Origin: a virus
Reading direction: 5' to 3' (one strand)
Virus record (IMG/VR): IMGVR_UViG_3300030430_003122
Coordinates: 1 to 64,000 of that record
Length of the DNA stretch: 64,000 bases
The position numbers were made by a program, and so were the translations under genes. Below are positions 10,846 to 20,367 of the stretch, in pieces. Under the pieces are notes generated by a model. It searched no databases and had not been told where the DNA came from. It saw only the letters and a program-made list of their open reading frames with translations. Numbering within the stretch: position 1 is the first letter of the stretch; each line of letters opens with the position of its first letter.

Positions 10846-11409
10846 ATGAATATCGAAAGATTTAAATCAGCACTTTCTACAGGTGGCGTTCGTCCAGCAT
10901 TTTTCCGGGTTCAGGGTAACATCGGAAAGACAACGCTACCTGATAAGGTTGGTTTTCTAGTTAAAACCGCCGCCCTACCTGCCACTGAGATTGGTGAAAT
11001 CCCAGTGGACTATAGGGGTCGAACCATCAAACTTCCCGGAAAAAGAACCTATGGTGACTGGGAGATTACGCTTCTCGCGGATGGTGAGTTCCAACTTAGA
11101 AACGCCTTCGAGCGTTGGGTCAATGACCTAAACGATACTGTAGAGAATGTTGCCGATCAAGAGCATAACCTAAACAATGTTTTGTTCCCAAACTGGAGTA
11201 TTGATCAACTCGATAGACGAGGCAATCCAATTAAAACTTATACCATGTTCCACTGCTGGCCAAAGGCGGTTTCTCAGATCGAGAACACATATGATAATGA
11301 AGGTCTAGCAGAGTTTTCCGTGACACTCGCCTATTCTTACTTCCTCACCAATGACGGAACTGGTGCGAATCGAGTCCCACTCGGTGATGCTGCGTTCCCC
11401 GGTGAGTGA
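10846..11409 (+). CDS. gp19: Tail tube protein gp19
   Basis: GGVRP, YRGRTIKLPGKRTY, QLDRRG, EFSVTLAYSYF. Confidence 0.95.
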   Translation: MNIERFKSALSTGGVRPAFFRVQGNIGKTTLPDKVGFLVKTAALPATEIGEIPVDYRGRTIKLPGKRTYGDWEITLLADGEFQLRNAFERWVNDLNDTVENVADQEHNLNNVLFPNWSIDQLDRRGNPIKTYTMFHCWPKAVSQIENTYDNEGLAEFSVTLAYSYFLTNDGTGANRVPLGDAAFPGE

Positions 11410-11430
11410 TAGATAAAGAAGAGGTGAATT

Positions 11431-12933
11431 ATGCCAATAGATATTTTTGGTTTTAGTATTGGAAGAACAAAATCTTCCCCAAACATGGACCCCTCCTTAG
11501 ATGCTAAAGAGGTGAAGTCGTTCGTTCCACCGTTACTCGACGATGCAAGTTATGTCGATGCCGGTGGATATTTTGGTGCTTATCTTGATTTAGATGGGTC
11601 ACTAAAAACTGAGCAAGAGTTTATCGCAAAATATAGAGAGATGTCACTACACCCAGAGGTAGAGAGTGCCATCGAGGATGTTTGTAACGAGGCGATAGTT
11701 TTTGATGAAGAGAGAAAATCAGTAGAGTTAGTTCTTGATCAAGTTGATATTTCAGATCAAATGAAGGGCAAAATTCAAGAGGAATACGCACAAATATTAC
11801 GTCTTCTTGATTTTGGCAATCGTGGTTATGAAATTTTCCGACGATGGTTTATTGATGGTAAAGGATACTACCATATTCTTATCGATAAATCGAACCCCAA
11901 AAAAGGAATTATAGAATTACGTCCCGTAGATGCACTAAAGATGAAGAAAATTGTCGAGGTTCAGAAAGAGACGGACCAAAAAACTGGGACTAAGGTGGTC
12001 AAAGGTGTTAAAGAATTTTACACTTTTAGAGAAAAGTCAACCGATCAAACTGGATTAAAACTATCACCTGAATCAATTTGTTACTATCATTCTGGACTGT
12101 TTGATCCACTTTCCAACCGTGCCATAAGTTATCTACACAAAGCAATCAAACCGCTCAATCAACTCAGAATGATCGAGGACGCTGTTGTAATTTATAGAAT
12201 ATCTCGGGCACCAGAGAGAAGAATATTTTACGTTGATGTCGGTTCTTTGCCAAAGAATAAAGCAGAGGCATACGTTCGAGATCTCATGAATAGATACCGA
12301 ACAAAACTTACATATGACGCTTCAACCGGAGAAATCCGCGATCAGAAAAAGTTCATGTCAATGCTAGAGGATTACTGGTTACCAAGACGAGAGGGTGGTA
12401 AAGGCACAGAAATCCAAACTCTTGATGGTGGACAAAATCTAGGTGAAATGGAAGATGTCGAGTATTTCCTTAAGAAACTTTACAAAGCACTCAACGTCCC
12501 ACAATCAAGACTAGAGGCAGAGAATGGTTTTAACATGGGTAGATCATCTGAAATCACCCGCGATGAACTAAAATTTTATAAGTATATTGAAAGACTTCGT
12601 TCAAAGTTCAACAGTATTTTTATTCATCTACTAAAAACTCAATGTATTCTCAAGGGTATGATGAAGGAGGAAGATTGGTTTAAGATTGAACAAGATATTC
12701 GTTTCGAGTATGTGACTGATTCTTACTTCACAGAGTTAAAAGAATATGAAATATTAAAGGAAAGACTAGATACTCTAGACACTGTTCAACAACACATCGG
12801 TGATTACTACTCTAGAGAGTGGGTTCGTAAGAATATCTTGCAGCAAACGGACAAAGAAATCAAGAAGCAAGATAAGGTAATTCAGAAAGAAAGAGAACTA
12901 GGTCTAATTAAAGACGACACCGGAGGATTCTAA
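11431..12933 (+). CDS. gp20: Portal protein gp20
   Basis: YRISRAPERRIFYVDVG, EDYWLPRREGGKGTEI, EITRDELKF. Confidence 0.98.
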   Translation: MPIDIFGFSIGRTKSSPNMDPSLDAKEVKSFVPPLLDDASYVDAGGYFGAYLDLDGSLKTEQEFIAKYREMSLHPEVESAIEDVCNEAIVFDEERKSVELVLDQVDISDQMKGKIQEEYAQILRLLDFGNRGYEIFRRWFIDGKGYYHILIDKSNPKKGIIELRPVDALKMKKIVEVQKETDQKTGTKVVKGVKEFYTFREKSTDQTGLKLSPESICYYHSGLFDPLSNRAISYLHKAIKPLNQLRMIEDAVVIYRISRAPERRIFYVDVGSLPKNKAEAYVRDLMNRYRTKLTYDASTGEIRDQKKFMSMLEDYWLPRREGGKGTEIQTLDGGQNLGEMEDVEYFLKKLYKALNVPQSRLEAENGFNMGRSSEITRDELKFYKYIERLRSKFNSIFIHLLKTQCILKGMMKEEDWFKIEQDIRFEYVTDSYFTELKEYEILKERLDTLDTVQQHIGDYYSREWVRKNILQQTDKEIKKQDKVIQKERELGLIKDDTGGF

Positions 12934-13664
12934 TGCGTTCGCTTATAGATTTTATAGAAAACGATCAGATTGACTTACTTGAAACTTTTATCGAGTCTCG
13001 TTTATCTGAACTTGCTATAAAAAACTTTGACGAGGCGACTCCGCGTGTGTTTAATATTTTTGAACAAGAGGGTTCTGCGACAGAGGATCCCAAAGGAACA
13101 ATAGAGGATCCGTTACTACAACCATCTGACATTGTTTCAAAGGAATATTTCTTCAAAAGGTTTCCATACGGTGATCATGAGATTCTCATGAAAAAGGTTG
13201 GCATGGGACAAAACGCACCAACGGTAACTTACATTGATGGTGAGCGGTATGAAGTTTTCACCACATCGAAGCAGGCAGAAAAGGAGACCATTCGCTATAT
13301 TAAGGATGGTTCTTATGCTAAAGCAAACGACGCAAAAAAAGCAAAAGAAGATGAGGCGGCGAAGGCAGAGCAAGACAAAGTAGAGGCAGAAGATCAAAAG
13401 AAAAAAGAGGAAGAGGCGAACCACGAAAAAATAACTGAGTCTCTACGTCGGGTCACTGACACTGGTCGTCCCTCTATTTTTACAATGACAAACGGCGAGG
13501 AAATGATAATTACGCTATCAGAAGCGACACACGCCTTAGAAATACTAAATCTGCTAAATAATCAGAACGGCATTAAGTTTTTAAGGCGTTTGTCTGACAG
13601 TGTGACTTCATATCAAGACACTATGGACTTTTTTCTCGACAGAATTAGAAAAGGAATCTATTGA
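12933..13664 (+). CDS. Probable prohead core protein (gp67/gp68 position)
   Basis: Between gp20 and gp21; charged helical protein; function inferred from synteny. Confidence 0.55.
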   Translation: MRSLIDFIENDQIDLLETFIESRLSELAIKNFDEATPRVFNIFEQEGSATEDPKGTIEDPLLQPSDIVSKEYFFKRFPYGDHEILMKKVGMGQNAPTVTYIDGERYEVFTTSKQAEKETIRYIKDGSYAKANDAKKAKEDEAAKAEQDKVEAEDQKKKEEEANHEKITESLRRVTDTGRPSIFTMTNGEEMIITLSEATHALEILNLLNNQNGIKFLRRLSDSVTSYQDTMDFFLDRIRKGIY

Positions 13665-14179
13665 TGGAAACGGAAACTATTTTACGGTCAATTGAAAATG
13701 GAAAACTTAACGATGCCCGTGAGGGTATTGATGAGATTCTACTTAACAAGATTGCAGATTCTCTTGAAGAGAAACGTCAAGGTCTTGGTGACGCACTAGT
13801 TGGTGTGTGTGAGGGATGTGAAGAAGAAATCGCAGAAATAAAAATGGATGCCAAAGAAATGAAAATGGAAATGGCAGCAATGAAAGAAGCGATGCATAAA
13901 GAGATGGCAGGCGGCGGCGCATCTGAAATGGAAATCGCTGAAATGATGAAAAAAATGGAAGCAATGACCTACAAAGAAATGAAAGAACTCATGCATAAAG
14001 AGGGCATCCATTATGAAACAAGTCACATGGACGAGGAGTCAGACTATGACGCTTTTTTTAAAAAGGCGATGAAAAAGTTTAATATCTCTTCGCCCGCCGA
14101 TCTCAAGAGTGATGAGGAAAAGAAAAAGTTCTTTAACTATGTTGACAAGAACTACAAAGCAGAAAAAGAGACAGACTGA
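13664..14179 (+). CDS. Prohead core protein (gp67-like) with Met/His-rich module
   Basis: gp67-like N-terminus (ILRSIENGKLNDAREGIDEILLNKIADSLEEKR); C-terminal FFKKAMKKF..FFNYVDKNY module; synteny. Confidence 0.65.
   Translation: METETILRSIENGKLNDAREGIDEILLNKIADSLEEKRQGLGDALVGVCEGCEEEIAEIKMDAKEMKMEMAAMKEAMHKEMAGGGASEMEIAEMMKKMEAMTYKEMKELMHKEGIHYETSHMDEESDYDAFFKKAMKKFNISSPADLKSDEEKKKFFNYVDKNYKAEKETD
13868..14041 (+). repeat. Met/His-rich 58-codon module, copy 1
   Basis: EMAAMKEAMHKEMAGGGASEMEIAEMMKKMEAMTYKEMKELMHKEGIHYETSHMDEES; 51/58 aa identical to copy 2. Confidence 0.95.
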
Positions 14180-14826
14180 TGCTACTTATTACCGAACATA
14201 CTGATAACATCAACTTGATCACTGAAGGAACTGATGGTTCTAAGGAGTATCATATTGAAGGTATCTTTATGGAGGCAGATAAGAAAAACCGCAACGGTCG
14301 TGTTTACCCTAAGAAAATTCTTTTTAATGAAGTCAAGCGATACAATGAAGACTTTGTTTCTAAGAATCGGGGTATGGGTGAACTAGGTCACCCTGATGGT
14401 CCCACCGTAAATCTTGAGCGAGTTTCTCATATTATCAAGGAACTTAAGACAGACGGAACAAATATCATGGGCAAGGCAAAGATCCTTGATACTCCATATG
14501 GTAAAATTGTAAAGAACCTGATCGACGAGGGCGTTAAGATTGGCGTTTCCTCCCGTGGAATGGGTTCCCTTAAAAACGTAGACGGCATCAATGAAGTCCA
14601 AGATGACTTTTTACTTGCCGCAGTAGACATCGTTGCTGATCCATCAGCACCCAATGCATTTGTTGAGGGAGTTATGGAAGGCAAGGAATGGGTTTGGAAC
14701 AACGGAGTTCTCGAACCAAGACACATTGAGTCTTACAAGGACAGGATTCAAAAAGCATCGACTATACGAGAATCTAATGAAGCGAAGTTGTATGCCTTCG
14801 CTGATTTCCTGTCAAAACTTATTTAA
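14179..14826 (+). CDS. gp21: Prohead protease gp21
   Basis: NRNGRVYP, GELGHP, GVSSRGMGS, DIVADPSAP. Confidence 0.98.
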   Translation: MLLITEHTDNINLITEGTDGSKEYHIEGIFMEADKKNRNGRVYPKKILFNEVKRYNEDFVSKNRGMGELGHPDGPTVNLERVSHIIKELKTDGTNIMGKAKILDTPYGKIVKNLIDEGVKIGVSSRGMGSLKNVDGINEVQDDFLLAAVDIVADPSAPNAFVEGVMEGKEWVWNNGVLEPRHIESYKDRIQKASTIRESNEAKLYAFADFLSKLI

Positions 14827-14857
14827 TTATAGATAAGAGGAATAAGGAGCGTTACAA

Positions 14858-16114
14858 ATGACTCGCAAAGACCCACTTGAAACAGCGAAGGCAATTTTAG
14901 AAGGGAAGTCTTCGATGGATGAAGGAAAGCACACCCGAGAAGGTATGCATGACCAAGAGCAAGCAGAGATGGTTGCTATGAAGGAAGCAATGCATAAAGA
15001 AATGGCACACGCTGGTGCCTCCGAAGACGAGATTGCTGAAATGATGAAAAAGATGGAAGCAATGTCGTATAAGGAAATGAAAGAATTAATGCATAAAGAA
15101 GGCATCAAGTACGAGATGAGTCACATGGATGAAGAGTCCAGTGAAGATCTTGAAGTCTACAGCGAAGATGCCGAGGATCTAGAAGAAATGGATGAAAAGG
15201 GAGTTGGTAAAACAAAGACCGACCGTCCTGATGCAACTCTTGCTGATACTGAAGACGATCTTGAACCTCTTAAGAAGGCAAAAAGCACCAAGAAGGTTGA
15301 AGCAGGTAAGATTAAACCTTCCGCCGCTTCAGGTAAGATTGAGAAACCATCCATGAAGGAAGATCTCGACGCTCTATTCACTGGTGAAGAACTCACCGAG
15401 GACTTCAAGGAGAAGGCATCGGTTATTTTTGAGTCCGCCATTAACATGCGAGTCGAAGCACTCCGCGAGGAGATTGAGGCAGAGTCCGCTGCACAACTAG
15501 AGGAAGAGAAGGAAGAGTTCCGTAACGAACTATCCGCCAAAATGGATGACTATCTTTCCTATGTTATTGAAGAGTGGATGAAGGAAAACGAACTTGCCAT
15601 TGAGCGTGGTCTCAAGGGTGATATCGCTGAGTCCTTTATGACTGGTCTCAAGGGTCTTTTCGAGGATCACTACATCAGCGTTCCTGATGACAAGTATGAT
15701 CTTCTTGAAGGTCTTTATGAGAAGATCTCTGGTCTCGAAACCAAACTCGACGAGCAAATTCAGAAGAACACTGAACTCAACAAGGACGCTATGGTCTCTC
15801 GTTGTATCAATGTCTTCAATGATGTCGCCGAGGGTTTAACCGAGGTCGAAATTGAAAAATTACAATCTCTCGCAGAAGGTCTTGAGTATGACTCAGAAGA
15901 CCAATTCCGCGATAAACTATCCGTTCTTCGTGAAAATTATTTCAACGATGTTTCAGAAACAAATGAACTTGCCAATGAAATTGTGGGTGACACAATCACC
16001 GAGTCCGCAAACGTAGAGGAACACGCCCCCTCTCTAGACGGTTCCATGAAGTTCTATTCTGATATGCTAACCCGGTCAGCAATCGTAGAAAAGCAGACCA
16101 ACTTTAAGGGTTGA
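14858..16114 (+). CDS. gp22: Prohead core/scaffold protein gp22
   Basis: EDFKEKASVIFESA, YLSYVIEEWMKENELAIERG, LKGLFEDHYI. Confidence 0.95.
   Translation: MTRKDPLETAKAILEGKSSMDEGKHTREGMHDQEQAEMVAMKEAMHKEMAHAGASEDEIAEMMKKMEAMSYKEMKELMHKEGIKYEMSHMDEESSEDLEVYSEDAEDLEEMDEKGVGKTKTDRPDATLADTEDDLEPLKKAKSTKKVEAGKIKPSAASGKIEKPSMKEDLDALFTGEELTEDFKEKASVIFESAINMRVEALREEIEAESAAQLEEEKEEFRNELSAKMDDYLSYVIEEWMKENELAIERGLKGDIAESFMTGLKGLFEDHYISVPDDKYDLLEGLYEKISGLETKLDEQIQKNTELNKDAMVSRCINVFNDVAEGLTEVEIEKLQSLAEGLEYDSEDQFRDKLSVLRENYFNDVSETNELANEIVGDTITESANVEEHAPSLDGSMKFYSDMLTRSAIVEKQTNFKG
14966..15139 (+). repeat. Met/His-rich 58-codon module, copy 2 (gp22 N-terminal region)
   Basis: EMVAMKEAMHKEMAHAGASEDEIAEMMKKMEAMSYKEMKELMHKEGIKYEMSHMDEES. 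Confidence 0.95.
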
Positions 16115-16150
16115 CACGGTATTAATTCCATTAACTAAGGAGAATCAAAA

Positions 16151-17647
16151 ATGGAAAAGAAAGAATTCGTTACCGAACAACTCAGAAAGAAGTGGGCACC
16201 CGTTATTGAACACGCTGACATGCCCACAATTTCTGACGACTATCGGAAAAATATCACTGCCGTTCTTCTAGAGAACCAAGAGCAGTATCTTAAGGAAGCA
16301 GCACCCTCCAACTTTGGTTCGGGTCTTGCCGGTGGTGCTAACACCGATGGTAACTTTAGCAGCGTTGCTGGATTCGATCCAGTGCTTATCTCGCTCGTTC
16401 GTCGTGCGATGCCAAACCTAATGGCATATGATGTCTGTGGTGTTCAACCAATGAACGCTCCCACCGGACTCATCTTTGCCATGAAGGCAAACTTCAAGCA
16501 GCAAGGCGGCGGTGAAGCACTCTTCAACGAGGCACCCACCTCATTCGGTGCAACTGGTAACAACGGCGTTGTTCACGGTAGCACTGCCGCACAGGGTACT
16601 GACCCACTACTTGCCGAGACTTATGGCGACAACACTGCTGATTATCTCGTTAATGGTGGTATGTCAACTGCCCGTGCTGAAGCACTCGGTGGTGTTCAAC
16701 TCGACGATGGTAACTTCAACGAGATGGCATTCGTCATTGATCGTCAGTCTGTTACCGCTAAGACTCGCGCCCTCAAGGCAGAATACACCACTGAACTCGC
16801 TCAGGATCTCAAGGCAGTTCACGGTCTAGATGCCGAAACCGAACTCGCTAACATTCTCAGCACTGAGATTCTTAGCGAAATCAACCGTGAAGTAGTCCGT
16901 ACCATTTACAAGACTGCTAAACTCGGCGCACAGCAACCAGACCTCTTCTTCAAGGGTGGTCAAAACGTTGGTGCATCGCTTCCCGGATCCGATTCGGCAA
17001 CCACTCACTTTGGTGGTCTTTCCGGTGCTGCTGATCCTAACGTCCCCACCTCGTCTGACGGCGTTGGTGGTGTGTATGACCTCGAACTCGACTCCGATGG
17101 TCGTTGGTCTGCGGAACGCTTCCGTGGTCTCGTCTATCAGATCGAGCGTGAGTGCAACACCATTGCTAAGGAAACTCGTCGTGGTAAGGGTAACATTCTT
17201 ATTACCTCCTCCGACGTTGCTTCCGCTCTTGCAATGAGTGGATTCCTCAACCTAACCCCAACCCCACAGGTTCCCGGTTATGCTGATGATACCGCAAACA
17301 CCTTCATCGGTACTCTCAATGGTAACATCAAGGTCTATGTTGATCCTTATTCCACCATTGGTAAGGACTACTGCTGCATCGGTTATAGAGGTACTTCACC
17401 CTATGACGCAGGACTCTTCTACTGCCCATACGTTCCACTCCAGATGGTTCGTGCGGTTGGTGAGCAGACCTTCCAACCCAAGATCGGGTTCAAGACTCGC
17501 TACGGCATGGTCAGCAACCCATTCGTCTCGGGTGGTGGAGTAGATCGCTCTGATCCAAACAGTTCTGATGCAGTTCGTAGTAACCAATACTACAGAATCT
17601 TCCGTGTAGACAAACTACATGGTCAGGCATCTGCCTACACTCACTGA
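16151..17647 (+). CDS. gp23: Major capsid protein gp23
   Basis: FDPVLISLVRRAMP, ELAQDLKAVHGLDAETEL, YCPYVPLQM, FQPKIGFKTRYG. Confidence 0.99.
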   Translation: MEKKEFVTEQLRKKWAPVIEHADMPTISDDYRKNITAVLLENQEQYLKEAAPSNFGSGLAGGANTDGNFSSVAGFDPVLISLVRRAMPNLMAYDVCGVQPMNAPTGLIFAMKANFKQQGGGEALFNEAPTSFGATGNNGVVHGSTAAQGTDPLLAETYGDNTADYLVNGGMSTARAEALGGVQLDDGNFNEMAFVIDRQSVTAKTRALKAEYTTELAQDLKAVHGLDAETELANILSTEILSEINREVVRTIYKTAKLGAQQPDLFFKGGQNVGASLPGSDSATTHFGGLSGAADPNVPTSSDGVGGVYDLELDSDGRWSAERFRGLVYQIERECNTIAKETRRGKGNILITSSDVASALAMSGFLNLTPTPQVPGYADDTANTFIGTLNGNIKVYVDPYSTIGKDYCCIGYRGTSPYDAGLFYCPYVPLQMVRAVGEQTFQPKIGFKTRYGMVSNPFVSGGGVDRSDPNSSDAVRSNQYYRIFRVDKLHGQASAYTH

Positions 17648-17670
17648 TACTGAGTTAGGATAAACTGAAC

Positions 17671-17704
17671 GAAGCAGGGAGAGGGTAAAACCTCTCCCTG
17701 TTTC
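17671..17704 (+). terminator. Rho-independent terminator after gp23
   Basis: Stem CAGGGAGAGG / CCTCTCCCTG, loop GTAAAA, followed by TTTC. Confidence 0.8.
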
Positions 17705-17721
17705 ATTACATACATACTTGT

Positions 17722-18300
17722 ATGACAAGATCAAATCCATTTGAAGGTAATAATTTAATCCACGGGTTTACCTCTGGTAGAGAGAAACTTGCAAAGGAAT
17801 CTGTTCTTGATAGGCAACCAACAAACCAGAACTATATTTACCCAACGTATTTTCAGTTTGTTCTCTCCGCCTTGCCCAAGATGACATATTTTATTACAAA
17901 AGCAAATCTTCCAGATTTTGGGTACGACTCTGCTCTTATTCAACCGAACCGTTTTTCGTCAATTAAACATCCAGCGAACAAACTAGGTTTTCAGGATCTT
18001 GAACTATCATTCCTTGTAGATGAGGATATGAGCAACTGGAGAGAGATCTCCGATTGGATCAAACGCACCAGCGTAGTTGATGATCATTTAGATTTTGATA
18101 CGAGTATAAAGGATCATTTCTGTGATGGGACTCTCATTATTACAAATAGTTCCATGCGACCAAACGTAGAAGTGACCTTTCGGAATATGTTCCCCACTAG
18201 AATCAATGGTTTTCAGTTTGACAGTAGCATCACTGAACTAACACCATTTGAGACCACCGCCACTTTTGCCTACGATTACTACGAAGTCAGAAAAATCTGA
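17722..18300 (+). CDS. gp3: Tail completion protein gp3
   Basis: NYIYPTYFQF, FLVDEDMSNWREI, TFRNMFPT, ATFAYDYY; position after gp23. Confidence 0.9.
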   Translation: MTRSNPFEGNNLIHGFTSGREKLAKESVLDRQPTNQNYIYPTYFQFVLSALPKMTYFITKANLPDFGYDSALIQPNRFSSIKHPANKLGFQDLELSFLVDEDMSNWREISDWIKRTSVVDDHLDFDTSIKDHFCDGTLIITNSSMRPNVEVTFRNMFPTRINGFQFDSSITELTPFETTATFAYDYYEVRKI

Positions 18301-18317
18301 TTTTCTCCCATTTCTTC

Positions 18318-18345
18318 TTGACTTAACTCAAAACCCGTGTAGACT
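18318..18345 (+). promoter_or_regulatory. Sigma70-like promoter for uvsY
   Basis: TTGACT-16-TAGACT in the gp3-uvsY intergenic region. Confidence 0.5.
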
Positions 18346-18390
18346 CTGAGTGTCAACGAGGGAAAAGGGAAAGAGTATTAGGACTACACT

Positions 18391-18825
18391 ATGAATCTCA
18401 ATAACATAAAGCAGATGGTCTTACAGGATTGTGATATCGATGAGACCCAACTCGACCGCGAGTCGTTAAAACTACCCCAACTGCATAATAAATATTTGAA
18501 CCTCTACTTGGACGCGAAACTCATTCTAGAAAGAAAAGAGAACGAGTTCAAGAGGTTACGCCGTGCAAAATGGGAATATTATACAGGAAAAATGGACGAG
18601 GAAGTTCTTGCCAAACTAGGATGGGAACCTTTTAATCTAAAAATTCTCAAGCAAGATATTGCAATTTATATGGAGGGTGATGAGGATCTGATTGCCTTAC
18701 AGGAGCAGGTTTGTTATTATAAAGAACTATGCTCATACCTTGATGCAACTGTCAAGGAAATCACCTACCGCCACAATAAGATCCGCAACGCCATTGATTG
18801 GAAAAAGTTCTTAGGAGGTCAATAA
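18391..18825 (+). CDS. uvsY: Recombination mediator UvsY
   Basis: LPQLHNKYL, KWEYYTGK, IRNAIDWKKF. Confidence 0.93.
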   Translation: MNLNNIKQMVLQDCDIDETQLDRESLKLPQLHNKYLNLYLDAKLILERKENEFKRLRRAKWEYYTGKMDEEVLAKLGWEPFNLKILKQDIAIYMEGDEDLIALQEQVCYYKELCSYLDATVKEITYRHNKIRNAIDWKKFLGGQ

Positions 18826-18840
18826 TCCCTAAATATAGGG

Positions 18841-20367
18841 ATGAGTGAACTTTTAATAGAACATGTTGATTCTGTCAATATACGAGTGAGATGTGAGAGG
18901 GGAGTTGCAAAAGAACTCTCTGATTACTTCACATTTAAAGTTCCCGGTCACGCCTATATGCCCGCGTATCGTAAACGGATATGGGACGGTCAGATTAAAC
19001 TATACAATATGTTCTCTCAAATGATCTATGCGGGTCTTGAGAAATATGTTATTCGCTTCGCTTCGGAACGTGGATACAAGGTAAAAACCGTAGCCAGAAA
19101 ACAAAATGGATTCACTGAATCTACGGTTCAGTCATATATGGAAGATCATTTAAAACTCTCCATAGGTGGCAAACCAATCAAACCACATGAACATCAGGTG
19201 AACGCCGTTACGCACGCTCTACGGAACGACAGAGCGTTGCTAGTGTCTCCAACGGGTTCTGGTAAGAGTCTAATCATCTACGCACTAATGCGTTACCATT
19301 TGGATAAAATAGAAAATGATAGAAAGATTCTCATCATCGTTCCTACCACCAGTCTGGTGTCTCAGTTATATTCTGACTTTGCAGACTACGCCAGTGGATC
19401 CACATGGAAAGTTGATCAAAACTGTCACAAAGTCATGGCAGGTGTTCCGAAAGATGATATCAAGCGTCGAGTGATTATTTCAACATGGCAGAGCATCCAC
19501 AAACAACCCAAGAAATTTTTTGACAAGTTTGCTGCGGTGTTTGGTGATGAATGTCACTTGTTTAAGGCGAAGTCTCTCACCGGCATTATGACCAAATTAG
19601 AAAACTGTCCTGTCCGAGTTGGAACCACCGGAACTCTAGATGGATCTCTTACACATAAACTCGTCATTGAAGGATTGTTTGGTCCCGTTCATCAGGTCAC
19701 AAAAACAAAAACGTTGATGGAAAGAAAACTCTTGTCAGAGTTGAAGATAGATGCTATACTGTTAAAACACAGCGAGTCTGTTCGTAATGAGATGAAGCGA
19801 TGTGCTTATCAAGACGAGATAGACTACATTGTTCGTTGCGATGAGAGAAACAGGTTTATATGCGATTTATGCTCGAACCTCAAAGGAAATACGCTCGTAC
19901 TATTCCAGTTCGTCGAAAAGCATGGTAAAATGTTACACAAGATAATGCAAGAAAAAAACCCAAATAAAAAGATCTTTTTTATCTACGGTAAAACAGATGC
20001 AGACATGCGAGAAGAGGTCCGAAGTATAACAGAGGGTGTAGACAACGCTATCATCATTGCATCCTATGGAACGTTTAGCACTGGTGTCTCCATCAAAAGA
20101 CTACATAATATTGTGTTCTCTTCACCGTCCAAAAGTAGGATTCGAGTGTTACAGAGCATCGGTCGTCAGTTGCGGAAGTCGGAGCATAAAGATGTTGCAA
20201 AACTTTACGATATTGCAGATGACCTCTCATGGAAAAAATACAAGAATCATACCCTTCGTCACTTCGAGGACCGCCTCAAGATTTACGACGGAGAGGGTTT
20301 TGAACACAAGGTTATCAAACTCAATCTGAAGGAGGATTTTCATGGCGAAAAACTACAAAGTTCTTAA
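18841..20367 (+). CDS. uvsW: SF2 helicase UvsW
   Basis: WDGQIKL, SPTGSGKS, GDECH, GTTGTL, LQSIGR. Confidence 0.97.
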   Translation: MSELLIEHVDSVNIRVRCERGVAKELSDYFTFKVPGHAYMPAYRKRIWDGQIKLYNMFSQMIYAGLEKYVIRFASERGYKVKTVARKQNGFTESTVQSYMEDHLKLSIGGKPIKPHEHQVNAVTHALRNDRALLVSPTGSGKSLIIYALMRYHLDKIENDRKILIIVPTTSLVSQLYSDFADYASGSTWKVDQNCHKVMAGVPKDDIKRRVIISTWQSIHKQPKKFFDKFAAVFGDECHLFKAKSLTGIMTKLENCPVRVGTTGTLDGSLTHKLVIEGLFGPVHQVTKTKTLMERKLLSELKIDAILLKHSESVRNEMKRCAYQDEIDYIVRCDERNRFICDLCSNLKGNTLVLFQFVEKHGKMLHKIMQEKNPNKKIFFIYGKTDADMREEVRSITEGVDNAIIIASYGTFSTGVSIKRLHNIVFSSPSKSRIRVLQSIGRQLRKSEHKDVAKLYDIADDLSWKKYKNHTLRHFEDRLKIYDGEGFEHKVIKLNLKEDFHGEKLQSS

